Shown piece by piece: positions 10,780-23,500 of a stretch of 64,000 nt of DNA (position 1 is the first letter of the stretch; each line of letters opens with the position of its first letter). A program made the translations under genes and the position numbers. This DNA comes from Phoronis australis (lineage: Eukaryota; Animalia; Phoronida), in contig NMRA01000072.1 in NCBI GenBank assembly GCA_002633005.1, positions 516,952 to 580,951 of the forward strand, read 5' to 3'. The notes under the pieces were generated by a model. It made no database searches and was not told the origin of the DNA. It saw only the letters and a list, made by a program, of their open reading frames with translations.

Positions 10780-12835
10780 CAATTCAATCAATACATTTCT
10801 GTAATAAAGGTCACAGGCCTACTGTACAAAAGAACAACATGTAACATACTTAGAGTGCAGCAAGCTGTCATGGAGACGAAAAGCATGTAATACATACTTA
10901 CATAGTTTACTAATTGAGCATCATCACTTGTTGACGTTAATCTATTGAATTTGAAAAAAAGACGGAAAATTCCAGTTGTATACTTCCATATAATTTTCTC
11001 TCAGTTCAGAATATTCATCACAGCTTAGAAGGAAATGGTACTTGTCTTCAGCAACATCGGGAAAGAAAGGCCGCACTCCGTTTGCCCTCTCCAAATTCAA
11101 GTACCTGCCTACTTCAATCATGAGACTGTGGCTGGAACAACGAAAACGTGCCATAGACACAGTTTGTGCACGGGGTATACCCAAACTTAAAAAAATCCAA
11201 TTTGAATTCCTTTTTAAATTGATTATAAAAACACAGTTTAGGATTACTCTCAACACTTATCCCTTAATCCCTTATTCGCTGTTTAAATTAAAGTATTTTC
11301 ACGCACAACGCCTTGATTTAACCCAACTTCTTGGAATCCATAATTTGACAATATAAGTCTAACTGATGTGGCCCAATTTCGGGAGTGTTGACCATTTTAA
11401 TCTAAGTCATGCAAATTGTTGTAACATGGGCGGCGCACGGCAGCACTGAAAAAAGTGGGGTGGGGGCTAAAACCCCCTCAGCCCCCGTGGTTCACCGCCT
11501 ATAGACCATGTGCAGCGTAGCACTAAAAAAGTGGGGGGCTATAGCCTCCCCCCAGCCCGACCCCTATGGTGCGCCGCCCATGCGTAAGCTGCCCTTGAGT
11601 TATGATGAGGAGTTATTTTGAGAAGTTTGAAGTAATACTTGATCACGGCAACATAGTACTTAGTAAATAACGGCAACCGCCCTCATTCGCTCAGTACAGC
11701 ATGAATTTAGCTACACCCAACACACGCTTGCAAATTTTAATATGGTCTTGTTCTAACCAGTTGTATTCATGTAAGGCCCATATTTCTGCTCCATAGCACA
11801 AGGTAGCGTAAATCATTTTATCAAATATCTCAAAAGCCACACGCGTTTGAAACATGGTCAAGCTTCTTTGTAGCTTGTCGACTGTAATGGAGACCTTCGT
11901 GGCTTGGGCTGACAGGGTCTGAGTACCAATAGTCCACAATAACTTTGGCGTGAACACAACACCAAGATTCTTGTAACTGGAAACCACTTCGAGTTTTTCA
12001 CCTCCAAAATGCCACCTCTCGCAATTTCTCAGGGGACCTCCGCTTCTAAACACCATAACTTTGGTCTTTACTAAATTTACAGACATGTCCCATTCCTGGC
12101 AGAACTTATTTAAAGCACACAGTAGTTTTTGCAGTTTAAATTGGAGAGTAAGCACACAAGACCATATCATCGATCAATAATATAACAATACTTTCAGAGA
12201 CATTTTGACTTAGAAAAATACAATCGTCAGTACTAGAATATATACATTCTACAAAATCATTCAAACGCAATGCAAACAAAAGAGGGCTTAATAAATAACC
12301 TTGCCCAGTGCCAATACTACAATCAAAAACATCAGTTATACCACCCCGCGTTCTCACACATGTCCGAAGCTTGCTATACATTGATTGTAAGTTTTTAAAA
12401 ATTCAAACCGTGAACTCCAATTTTTTGTAGTCTGAGCCAAAGCAACTAATGGGGGATCCTATCAAATGCTTTAGAGAAAATAACTGAATGCACAACAGAA
12501 AAGATGTCCTTGTTGGCTTGTGTACTTTTGAACCATAGTTGACAATGTAAAAATTTGGTCGACAGCTATGTCCCTTTCGGCACCCTGCTTGGCATTCATA
12601 CAATTTATTTTCTCCATAGCCCAATCAGTAAGGTGCACATTAAAATTTTTAGTAAAAACTTTCCGACCACCGACAGAAGGGAAATTCCTCTATAATAATT
12701 AGTGTCATTGACATTCCCTGTTTAAACAGCGGAACCAAAATAGCATCACACCATTATTGTGGGTACCTCCCACTGTGCAAAATCTTGTTGAATAGAGCCA
12801 CTATCAAAGGACGTATTTGACTACTTGTTTCTCAA
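10780..12835 (-). mobile_element. 5'-truncated, degenerate non-LTR retrotransposon (RTE-X/L2-like RT)
   Basis: Ordered RT remnants on the minus strand: LFNKILHSG.YP..W..AILVPLFKQG...YRGISLLS, ECQAGCRKG, GTGQGYLLSPLLF, LLIDDMVL (YADD box), LNKFCQEWDMSVNLVKTKVMVFRSGG, LCYGAEIW, ARFRCSSHSLMIEVGRY...EDKYHFLLSC..YSELR. 3' tail of ATTG/TTGAA repeats near 10780. Many stops and frameshifts. Confidence 0.9.
11425..11582. mobile_element. small dimeric MITE inserted in the LINE
   Basis: 14-bp TIR CATGGGCGGCGCAC...GTGCGCCGCCCATG; near-duplicated 5-bp flanks TGTAA/CGTAA; two internal AGCACT.AAAAAAGTGGGG..GGCTA units. Removing it restores the LINE reading AAYNNLHDLD. Confidence 0.75.
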
Positions 12836-15800
12836 ATGATAGTGTTTTTTGGCTTTACAAGTAACTATTTACTCGTTGATACCCTGTTCGTCGCGTAAAA
12901 TGACTTGAAGAGCCTAGTCTCCAACAATAAAGAATTGTCAACATTTTCGAATTCCTGAAATCACATTCAGCTTGAGTAAGGAACAATCTGAGACCAAGAG
13001 TGTAAATCATTTTCTGTGAAGGAAGGCGGGTTTATAACCGTTTTAAGCCTTAAGTTCATGAAAGCGGTTTCATATTTCCCTACCATGACTTCCGTTACAA
13101 AAAAGATCATCAAACCCCCTAGTTGTGATTGAAGAAAACGCTTTAAAATTTGGCCAATATCAAAAAATGCGCATTCGAATATAGCGCATGTACATATTAC
13201 TTGTGACATCAGTTGCGGGCTTTAGAGTCGGATGATAGCGATGTTATTAAACATTGATAACTAAACAGCGATGACGCACAAGAAGAAGAAAGTTGCTAAG
13301 AAATTAGCTGCTAAGGTCCACCAAAAAAAGACACCAACGTCGAAAGCAGAGAAGAAATACTTCTCATTATCGCCGAGGCCTCCTCACCAACGTCATTATT
13401 TCATCACCGGATTCGATTCTTGGAAAGCATAGCAAGCTTGATCAGCATGAGGACGACAAACGGATTCATTTTGTACGACTGTGTTGAATTCACCAGACGC
13501 AAGAATCTTGCGAAGCGACCGTGATCACGTGCTTGGCTTGTAATACAAAAGGATTTCTCGCGAAGTGTTGCACACCTGATTTTGTTACCTTAGCTCGAAC
13601 CACGACCAATGTACAAGCGAGTAACAAGGACAATTTCCTTCATACAGGTCAGCCACCTCCAGACGTATCTGGGATTTTTATAGAAGAAATGCAACCATGC
13701 CACTATGAATATCTGGCCATTGGTTTCCTGTCGATAAGATTGTGATAACACTACAGGATCCGTTGCAACATGTATCCAAAGTTACTTGATCTTGAATTAG
13801 TAACACCTCAACATGAACGTTTAAATTCAGCTTTCAATTTAAAACCTCAATTTTGATTTAGACTCCACATTATGAAATTGTCCCTTAATCTAAGTAACAT
13901 TGTTACTGTTCTAGGACGAGATCAAGTTCTACAAGTTGGCTCTGTAGTTGTCATTTTATGCCCAATGACGGTCTCAACAAATAAATAACAAACTGTCAGT
14001 TCTTGGCAAACCCAGAAATTTGACTTCTCATCAGAGTAAGGGAAAAGTTGAGATCAATTTTGCAGGAGTATGTGGTCTAAATGGGCAATTCCGTGAAAAG
14101 GTCAACCTCGAGACAAAAAATTAAAATAGTGACTATACTAACATTTCTGTTTTCATCTGAAAGCCCATTCTCTCTAGTTTCAGGATCCATATTTGGCTGT
14201 CCTATAACTTTCATTTTTTTGCCTAAATTGACCCATTTTGGGTGTCACTTGACCCTAAAAAAATTAGCTCGATTTTCGTGTGTGTTACTAGTTATTGTCA
14301 TAAATGAGCCAATTACATGTATTTCATGATATTATCAAATTTGTGCAACCACATGAAGCTCAAACTTGATAAAAAATAACATTTCAACCTTGGCACATCA
14401 TTGACCTCTTGGGGTCAAAGGCCAACTCCTGGATATTATGGTGGCGTACGTCCGTCACAATAGTTACGTCAAGCTTTCATTCAAAATCAAAATAATTTCA
14501 GATTCGCTTTTAACTTTTTACTTACTACTATTGACAAAAATTTTAGATCCAAAGGTTTATTTGTTAGTCAGAAACTGCGTGACAGACGTACGGCAAATTT
14601 ATATGTCCGTCACACCATAAATTATAGTCTATGGTCACACCCATGAAATTACAATTTTTCAGTCAATGAAAATAGCCTTAGGTCCTACTTTTACTTTCGA
14701 AACTCGAAACGTACCTCACATCTAAGAACCTTAAAACGATTAAATATTGCAAAGACAGATTCAAAATTGAGTAAAAAAATTTGCGACAGATTTAAACTTG
14801 ATGCAGTGGTCTTTTGCAATTTTAGGTGTATTTGCAGAAAAGTTTTAGTTCACAATGTCATCTAGTTATTCTTAGTAGATTTCAATTTAATAAAATCAGA
14901 CACTTGGACCACATTACAAAATGTAAATAAAACAAAATGTTAATTTAATGATCAGCAAAGAAATGCTTAGCTTTTGGAAAATTCAAGACGCAAAACTAGT
15001 CATATAAAAGTTCCTAAGGTGCTGTACAGTAAAAATAACAAGAGACCTAAAGGAATATATGTCAAGTTACTGTTGCACTGGAATCAACGAGTCATTGCTG
15101 CTCTGATCTGCTATGCTAGGTTTTATGGTAAAAAGACGATACTGGAGATTTTTAAGCGGTAGTAACCTGTCACCTACTTTATTAAGGATTTTTGTCCCAC
15201 CCTCACTGACTATAGTCACTTTTGTTGTGTTTTTCAGTGTCTTGGGTGGCTTTTATGAAGCGATTTCATAGCAAATGGTTACACCGTCTCTTCTTATTTA
15301 TTTTTGATCTGCAATCTTTTTAAGATTTAGACCATTTCATCTGCTCAGCTTCAAGGATATTAAACCGACGTTTACAAACGAAATAGAAAATTGTTGGAGA
15401 CGATAGGAAGAATAGATACAACAGAAAGAATAAATATCTGCCGGAATATTCTCTGAAACTCTAAAAAATGCCATCGCGGATCAAGAAATTCACAATTGTA
15501 CCTGTGTGACGTGATGTGACACTATTTAACCCATCTCTTTAAAATTGAAAAGAAGGCATGAGTTAAAAAAGCTAATCATATTAATCACTAAATAGAGACC
15601 AGCATCTGATAAGTTAGATCTATATATTCCCAAATCATAATTCTAAATGCCTTTAATTTAAAATGTCTTGTTTTCACACTGGAAGACAACACGGGTGTTT
15701 TGAATCAAAACAAGAAATCCATAAGTCAATGCTGTTAACTAAACCAGGCTTCACGCTTTGTTTTGAGAAGATAGTGAAGTCCTGTTACTAATACTTTTAA

Positions 15801-16815
15801 AACATTATCTTTAATATTTACATGGGCATGCATCAGAACCATCAACGACATGGTCCAGAGAATAAGTTTGTACAACCTTAAGAAGAGTTATACCGGTAAT
15901 TAAAAAACAATTAATTAAAATGCGTTTTTATTATAATGATTAGTAATGTTTTAAACTTTATTTCACATTTTATATTTTGAGTCACGTTCACTTATTGTCT
16001 TCAAAGTAGTATTCTACTTAAGGCATAAAAACAGTTTTCCTGATAACCAACAGGTGTCAAATACGAACTGATTACAACTCTCATTCCCATTTAGATTGCT
16101 TACCATCTTCTAAGGGAAGCGAGGGTTTTAGGGGTTGTTTTATATATTAATCAAATGCATCGAGTACTAAGCCTACCTGTGATGACTTGTGCAAAAGGTC
16201 AATCGATGGATTTTGAATAAAGAACATTGAATAAGTAGCAAAAGACCATTACAACTTAATTACTGCAAAAGTTCGAATCATTCCCAATTGATATCTTAGT
16301 CACAATTTAACACTAGAAATTCAGAGCGCAAATCCCTCTCGGGGGCACACACCCAACTTACATCAAGCTGACAAAAACTTCTTAAAAGATATCAATTAGT
16401 TTTGTACTTTGCAAATATTCAACTAAATCAACATATAAAACAAAAAAATATTACTAAATGCAATTCACAAAAATAGCATTAATTTTTTTTTCAAAAACTC
16501 AAATTCTTAGTGTATGTCGTCACACCCCTTTACAGGCAATTTTCTGTCAGAGATAGGAGAAAAGTTGATAAATGCTTTGAAAGCTATCAGTGAGACCTAT
16601 CAATTGATGTATTATTTTCCTAGGATGAACTTTTTCCACAACCGATCAAAATGGTTGTCTGATAGTACATCGGTCACAAATGGAATTGCCCAAATCATAA
16701 GTTAGTTTCTTAGAGGGAGCCCCTGGACCACAGCTGCTTCAAGTCAGTCCTCTCACACATGCTACATATATTGTAAAAACATTCTCCTGGGCTTTCTCTA
16801 GTGTTTAGCACAACA

Positions 16816-18813
16816 CATAGGAGGATTTAGGGGGGGGGGNTCCAATTTCAAGTGTCAAATTCGGAACACGGCGCATTCGTAACGGAACTATGGCTAAGAA
16901 TAGACTCTCCCGCGATATCCCAGGCGACCGGCAGTAGCGCTGCGCACTACGACTTCGTTTCCGTCGTCTGCTCCCCTGTGCCACAGGCGCTTGGGTTTAT
17001 CTGTTCCTCGATCGCAAATGACGTCACTCAATACATATAAGAAAACATAAAGATTGGACACTCGAAATCTGTTTGCTCAGAATTTTCTACTCAAATGTGC
17101 ATGGAACTCCACGAAACTAGCATCGAACAACTCTTAGAATACTTTCTTTCATTCGATCTCATCGAATTGCCTTCAAGTGGTGATTTGGCGACAAAAATGC
17201 CAAAAGAATGCCAAAATCACAAATTCAAGGAAGTGATTCCGTGATGTCATGGCAGACGGTCTTCGCACATGACGGACGCTCCAGAGCTAAATCCGAAAGT
17301 GTAATTTCGCGCGGCTTTCGCCGTCAATCCATCGAAGTACTTGATCATGAGAAGCAGGGAGCACTTTATTGCCAAATAAATGTAATTACTCACATATTTG
17401 TGTCAAATATAAATTATCCTGATACTGTATTGAGATGCGAAGTTTTTTGTGTACTGTGATTTCTTATGAAGATTTTACTTTTGGCCAAAACCATTGAGTT
17501 AACTCGTCGGCCACGCGCATTGTAATACTTGCACGGACTGCGTTTCCTGGCCGAGTGTGTGTTGTGCTTCAATCAAAAAAGTGCGTGATGTCAAGATGAG
17601 AAACAAGATACGCCAGTTTATGTAATAAAATTTTAAGTTAAGGGCTAAAATGATCCATCAGTGGAATAAAGTTACAAATAATCATTAAAATACTAACTTT
17701 AACATTCTCAATTAGTTGAGTTTTGGATTAGAATTCATTGAATTTGAAATATAGGTTGCTTGCTCAAACTCGAAGTTTCACCTACGACAGGCGTACAAGT
17801 TGAAGCACAACTGAAGTCCGCCATGTGTACAGTATTTCAGGTCCTTGAATTCAGAGTTTTGAGATTGTTTTGGAAAGTCCATGGCCAATTCACCACTCAC
17901 GAAGACAGTTAATAGGATCTAGGAAAGATAAGGCTTCGAAGGTTTATGCAACACCAGACTGAGGGAGGTGCACGCAGATTTTACTTGGATTTTGGACGGT
18001 TGAAGTTGGGAGCCTCGGCTTGGCAAAGTTTAAGTGTCCAACCTTTATGTTTCTTATATATGGTTATGAGTGATGTGGAAATCCGAGCGCCTGTGCACTG
18101 TGCAATGAAGAAAATTTACTTCATTTTTTAAAGAAAATGGAATCTGAGTGACGATGAAAAAACAGAAGCTGCTGGCAAGATGTGAATCCGGTAATTGTTT
18201 ACAATATGACGACATTGACTTACACATGATTTTGGTATCATTTGATTCCTTGCAAAGTTATCTTTCCAAAAATACTTAGAAATTCTTCCTACCCCATTCT
18301 TTCAATATTTTATCGGGAAATTTCTGCTCGCACTATTTCCCGGTACGCGGTAGTAATACCGCCATGTTGAATGGAAGGAGTCACCTGGTGGTCAAAAGCT
18401 TAACTAATCTACCGACTTCTATAGATCGTTGCTTTTCATAAGGTCAAATTGACCGAGACTGGTCTATCCGGGATCCCCCGCCCGAGTTACGGTGCCAAGG
18501 GTTCGAATTCGATCCTATAGTGACCCTGGTACGCATCTGTCAGCACGAAACCACGAAAAAAGCGGAAGTTGCTTTTGAGGTCCTTATTTGTGAAAATGGT
18601 ATCCACTTCAGACAATTTCGTGGAAAAATGGTCACAATTATAAAAAATTGAAACAGGTGAAATGCTGCTACTTGTTCCTCCATATCATGTCGGGAAAACT
18701 TTAGCGGGAATCTCGCACAGGCAAACACCATTCAAAATCAATGATGCCGTTTCATTAACGACAGGTGTCGCTGTAATCTTGAGTTGANTTGCGATATCCT
18801 AGATCCGCCACAG
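16816..18813. mobile_element. poly-G MITE ends (CAGTGGCGGATCTAGG family) bracketing a gap-bounded 1.95-kb contig
   Basis: Left CATAGGAGGATTTAGGGGGG..N and right N..CCTAGATCCGCCACAG, both flanked by CAACA (16811-16815, 18814-18818). The TIR match is only 11/16. Confidence 0.5.
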
Positions 18814-18907
18814 CAACACCACATGCGACTCAATTTTGATACAGGCTCCTTTAGTGTACACAATGTCACCAGCAAGAAAACAATAACAGTTTGATATTTT
18901 TTTAAAT

Positions 18908-18913
18908 TTTATT
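18908..18913 (-). terminator. poly(A) signal of RPL23A
   Basis: AATAAA on the minus strand about 45 nt after the TAA stop; short 3'UTR typical of ribosomal-protein mRNAs. Confidence 0.8.
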
Positions 18914-18956
18914 GGTCAATACATCTGTACAAATAATTTCATCAACATCACACTTT

Positions 18957-21900
18957 TTAGATGATGCCGATCTGTAAAAAAGAAAGAGAAACAATCAAGA
19001 AAAGCTTTACAATTAAGCTGTTCGGAATAACACAAAATCATAAAATGTCCACATTCTGCTCAATCTGACCTCTTATCACTACAAAATTCACAACAGATAA
19101 AATATCCATCAAATATTTTTCAGAGTGTAATGAATTGGATGGAAACACTGTTCATGCCAATTAGTTCGTGATTGAGAACAGGAAGTGACGTCACACCTTT
19201 ATTTAGTTTAGAGGAGCATCTGGGCAGAGTACTCGTGGACTACAACAGCACGAGTCAAATTTAACAGCATATAATACCCACTACCCAAAATACACTCTTT
19301 TACACTGGAAGGTAAGGAAATAAAACATCAGACAATACTGATGTACATAATGCTAATAATTCCACGGAGCCCTACTTCAGGTGAAGGTGAAATTGCAAAC
19401 TTCAAACTGAAACTAATCTTTAGCCGAAGCAATAATCCAGAGGCATATATACAAGGCTGGAAAACTACCTGCAGGATATGAAGCACTGCGGTTTTTGACA
19501 AGCGAATGTAACTTTCATAGTGTGGCCATTGCATAGTCGCTACAACACAATTATGCTTACCTTGTTTGCCACATCCAAAGCATCATAGTCAGGGGCGAGG
19601 CGGACGTATGCTTTCTTTTCACCGTCTGGCCTGAAAATGAGAAAGCAGCACATGTTACACCCTGTAATACGAGTAAATCAGTATTGTTTTGGGTGGAGTG
19701 GTGCACACACATTGTCACTATCACCTAAGTAAAAAAAGCAGTATAAACCCAGACCTTCTGTCAATTTTTTTTGGATTTAAGTCAAATACTGTTATAAAAT
19801 TGTCTCCTCCTGTTCCTTACTCAGATAAGAAACAATTCCCAGACTTGATAAGAACTGACAGGTCATTATTGCCTTAGACCATGTTCATTAAGTTGCATGA
19901 TGAAATGTAATTGATGTCTTATACAATCAATGTTTAAAACAAACTAAGGCAGTATTGCTGTCAGGGGAACTCGAGTCAATTCATGGCAAACAATTTCAAT
20001 TCAAATTGTAATGGTAAAAACACTTGCGAAGAATGTTTTTTTAGGGAAGTTGATGTTTTTAACTGCAGAACATGAAGTAGTGCCTTCCACTTGCACCAAC
20101 CTGATTAGCGTGTTGACTTTTGCTACTTGGATCTCGTACAGTTTCTTGACAGCAGTCTTTATCATAGGCTTGTTTGCCCGCTTGTCCACAATAAATACAA
20201 GTGTGTTGTTGTCCTCAATCTTTTTCATGGCTGACTCAGTTGTCAGAGGGAACTTCACAATTTTAAAGTGGTCTAGTCTGCAAGAAAAGAAACCTATAGC
20301 TATTTCCTGATGTATGCAACCACTGATTAACAGAGAACGCATATAGGGTTTTCCATTAAAACCATCTAGTACATAAACTAGACTCACTGTGAATCCAAAT
20401 CATGCGGTAACTCCAAGCTATTGAATGACATATCGTTTCAATTAAAAACTTGATATTCACTAGGTGATACAAATGTAGAAACAGGTTAGAGCTCAAAGCA
20501 CTCAATTGGCAGGGGGCATTCATGGGATAAGTGCTACGAGAATGTGATGACTCGATTGCAGGCATTTGCATTGGTTGACCCCTGGTAGACCACTACAGAT
20601 CAGTGAATTAAGCATTCCCTTCATGGCAATTTAAAAATAACCTCAGGTACCGTAATAACACATTTCTACGTGTAGTTGTAAAACACTTTTTGGCCTACTA
20701 ACAGATTTTTGCATCCAGCTCTCAAAAACAAAATGGTGCTATGCAACCCTTGTCAACCCTCAAAAGTTTAGAACAATTTTTTAAAAATTCCTCACAAAGT
20801 CTGCTTAACAGGCATGCATGACCCAGTTGTAATCAGTCAAGTGAGATGTTAATAATGGCTACAGGTTAATAATCATTGAAACATGGTTTAGTATCCATTC
20901 AAATAACTACAAAATGTGCTCCTCCACTCCAAAAATAATTTAAAGAAGACAGTCAACATTGATAGTTACATTGAATAATCACGTTAAAGGGGCCAACCTA
21001 ATGCTTATAACTGTTGATATAAAAAAGCCAGATTATTTCCAATGCTCGATATCTTTGAGACCACCAAACACAAAGAAATCAAGACCATGCGAGAACGCGA
21101 TTTAATAACGGTGAGCTACTAAAGCGACTCATACCTGTTTCTGCCGGGGACACTCTTCCTGGGGTATTTTGGGTTTCTTGGCAACCTCAGGGTCTTGGGC
21201 CGCCTGAAGTGAACAGTGTTCCTCACTTTACGCTGACGAGTGTCATGCTTGCCCCTCAGGACAGACTTCTTGGCCTTCAAAGCCTTTTCTTTAGTCTTAG
21301 CTGCAGCACTACCCTCTTTAGAAGGAGCAGCCTCTGAAGTAAACAAAAGACAGTATTAATTGAATGACTGTTTAAAGTTGCTGAATGTTGCATCACATCT
21401 AAGAAAATTCAGCTCAAATAAGCCAATTTTGTAACATGTGAAACAGCTAGTTGACACCTGAACCACCAAAATCTCTGCATGAGCATAGATGAACCATAAG
21501 TTTAAGAAATTAACTTTAATTGAAACCCTTACTCGGGAGAATTTAGAAGTGATCAGAAGCATTCTGCACATTTCGTTAGGCTAAGAAAAATTGGTACAAT
21601 CAAGAATTTTGACGTAAATGCAAAAAAACTTTAATGGCTGTGGCATCAAGTTCCAGATCAGTATTGGGACATATGACGCATGTCCAGCACCTTACATTGC
21701 TGTCACCAGCTTCGTGTGTTGACTTTGAAAGTTTGCGGTATGTACTCTATATTTCTCAAGTTATATTTAGGTCACTTGGCCCCTTGTAAAAAAACAAAAT
21801 TGGATTAACCTGACACTAAATACTTCAATATGCTGTTTTATGTGTAAATTGCATTAGACAGACGTACAAAATACGATGTGATCAAGAAACAGGTGCCTGA

Positions 21901-23394
21901 ATGTCTCCTCCAACTTTCAGGATGCTGCGGGGAAATTTTTACACCATGCTTTTAGGCTACTGGACACTTCACAATGCTTATTTGAGAAATTTTCGTACTC
22001 ACGCTACGATCATTTGTGTTAAGAGGTCAATTCACGACTTCAATTTTCAACAAAAATGGCACTGCTCACAATGCGTGGTGCAAACAGACTGGTAATGGGA
22101 GACATTCTTTTACATTGTTAATTGTGGCTAGGACACAACTTATCAAATTTTATTATTCACCCCTGATGACACTGCTAAAATCCCAAAATTCATTTTTTGA
22201 AATCATAAGTATTATTACATATTTTGTCCGAGTTTTACCTATTCAGAATTTGCAGGTCCGAACTTCCCCAATTTTGACCATTGTTACTATTCTTAAAATC
22301 TAAAGGCATTAAAGCTGAACTAGTAATGAAGAGTCTGATTCAGTGATTGGTCGAGTTCTCAAAAGATTTGCCATATCCTATGACTCATCAAATATTATTA
22401 GCTAACACATTAACTATCAGTAGCAGGTAAGCAAGTCGAGCTCGGTGGTTTCGTCCAAATTTCCTCAACACAACTATAAGCGATCAGCAAGTGCATCACA
22501 CAGTGGCAAGATTGGGAACCATGCTAGACAATACCACCATCTTGACTAGTCAGTGATGACCCTATAGACACTTCATACGCCGGAAGCTTTTCGGCAAATT
22601 ATGCCTGACACTGCTTAAACCATCAATGTGCCAATGTATTTTCCAGCTGGAACAAATACTCCCATAATCAAACTTCAGTCCTTCGTTCAATTGCCCAACA
22701 AGTCAGCTTACACTGTGCGCTCAGGGAGATGTGCCTCCTAAGGTGTCCCTTTATGCACAAAAGGTACTTACAGTAACATAACTTTGATGGCTTAAGCAGT
22801 GTGAAGCATATTTTGCCGAAAAGCTTCCGGCGTATGAAGGCCCCATGTACACGATTTTCACGAAAGACTGCGATCTAGTCGGCTGGCGACTGGTCACGCA
22901 GTGTTGGCTTATGTAGAAAATGCAGGTCCATACATAAGAGCATCACACTCACAGTCTCAACTGCTAAATAGAGGCGGTTGCACTGTCTAGAACAAGAAGA
23001 ACCATACCGTCATACGTGACAGCAGTGCCAATGTGTTCCGTTTTCATCCACGATGAAATGCATGCGGTAAAAGTCCTATTCTTACACATAGTTTATAAAA
23101 ATTATGTCCTAAAATAACGAGATAAGATCCCGTAACGTGAGTGGAACACCCGCCGGTGTGCGGCGATATTCATTATTTGATAAATTGATTTGCGATCGTT
23201 GACTGCTCCATCACTTTTATAATAATATTAACCGGCGTCACACTTGAATTACTTTCTTTTTAAATTTTTCTCTGTTGTATACTATTCAAATTTCATTTTG
23301 TTAAAACAGTGCATGTTCTCATTTTAAAATTTGTTATTTTGAGTGAAATCTAACCGAGCTTACTCGCAACAGCCTTCTTCTTGGCTGGAGCCAT
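18957..23394 (-). CDS. RPL23A: 60S ribosomal protein L23a (uL23), 5 coding exons, 163 aa
   Basis: Exons (minus): 23394-23364, 21333-21135, 20277-20101, 19630-19561, 18971-18957; all GT-AG, phases add up to 163 codons + TAA. Translation [18 protein letters not shown]...[14 protein letters not shown]...[20 protein letters not shown]...[32 protein letters not shown]...[34 protein letters not shown] is the canonical L23a sequence. Confidence 0.98.
22571..22839. mobile_element. MITE in RPL23A intron 1
   Basis: 56-bp inverted repeats 22571-22626 and 22784-22839 (CTTCATACGCCGGAAGCTTTTCGGCAAA..., 52/56 identical). Confidence 0.85.
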
Positions 23395-23397
23395 GTT

Positions 23398-23405
23398 GGA
23401 AAAGG
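23398..23405 (-). promoter_or_regulatory. 5' terminal oligopyrimidine (TOP/TCT-type) start of RPL23A
   Basis: Minus strand reads CCTTTTCC-AAC-ATG; a pyrimidine tract 3 nt before the ATG is typical of ribosomal-protein transcription starts. Confidence 0.8.
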
Positions 23406-23500
23406 CCAAATAGCGGGTCGGCCAGCAGAAAACCACGTTTTCCGGATGTCTAGTGAGCATGTGCAAAAATTGGAGTTTCACACACTTCCTTGTTTAGGTT
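23406..23500. promoter_or_regulatory. compact bidirectional promoter between RPL23A and the Rab34/36 gene
   Basis: CpG-richer spacer with ETS-type cores CCGGATGT (23442-23449) and CACTTCCT (23483-23490). A YY1-like CAACATGGCT overlaps the RPL23A ATG. A plus-strand donor-like CCAG|GTCAGG at 23562 suggests a Rab 5' exon at about 23490-23562. The Rab TSS is inferred. Confidence 0.6.

Noticed and set aside
18470-18520. GGTTCGAATTC B-box-like motif
   Set aside because: No cloverleaf or A-box at the proper spacing.
19043-19160. H/ACA-like two-hairpin segment ending ACA-TTT in RPL23A intron 4
   Set aside because: No ANANNA hinge and a weak second stem.
20471-20630. Hairpin plus ACA in RPL23A intron 2
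   Set aside because: The stem does not close next to the ACA; no H box and no U17 m1/m2 motifs.
22340-22391. C/D snoRNA candidate (TTGATGA...CTGA, minus)
   Set aside because: Short, no terminal stem, no C'/D' boxes, and no rRNA complement I can recognise next to box D.
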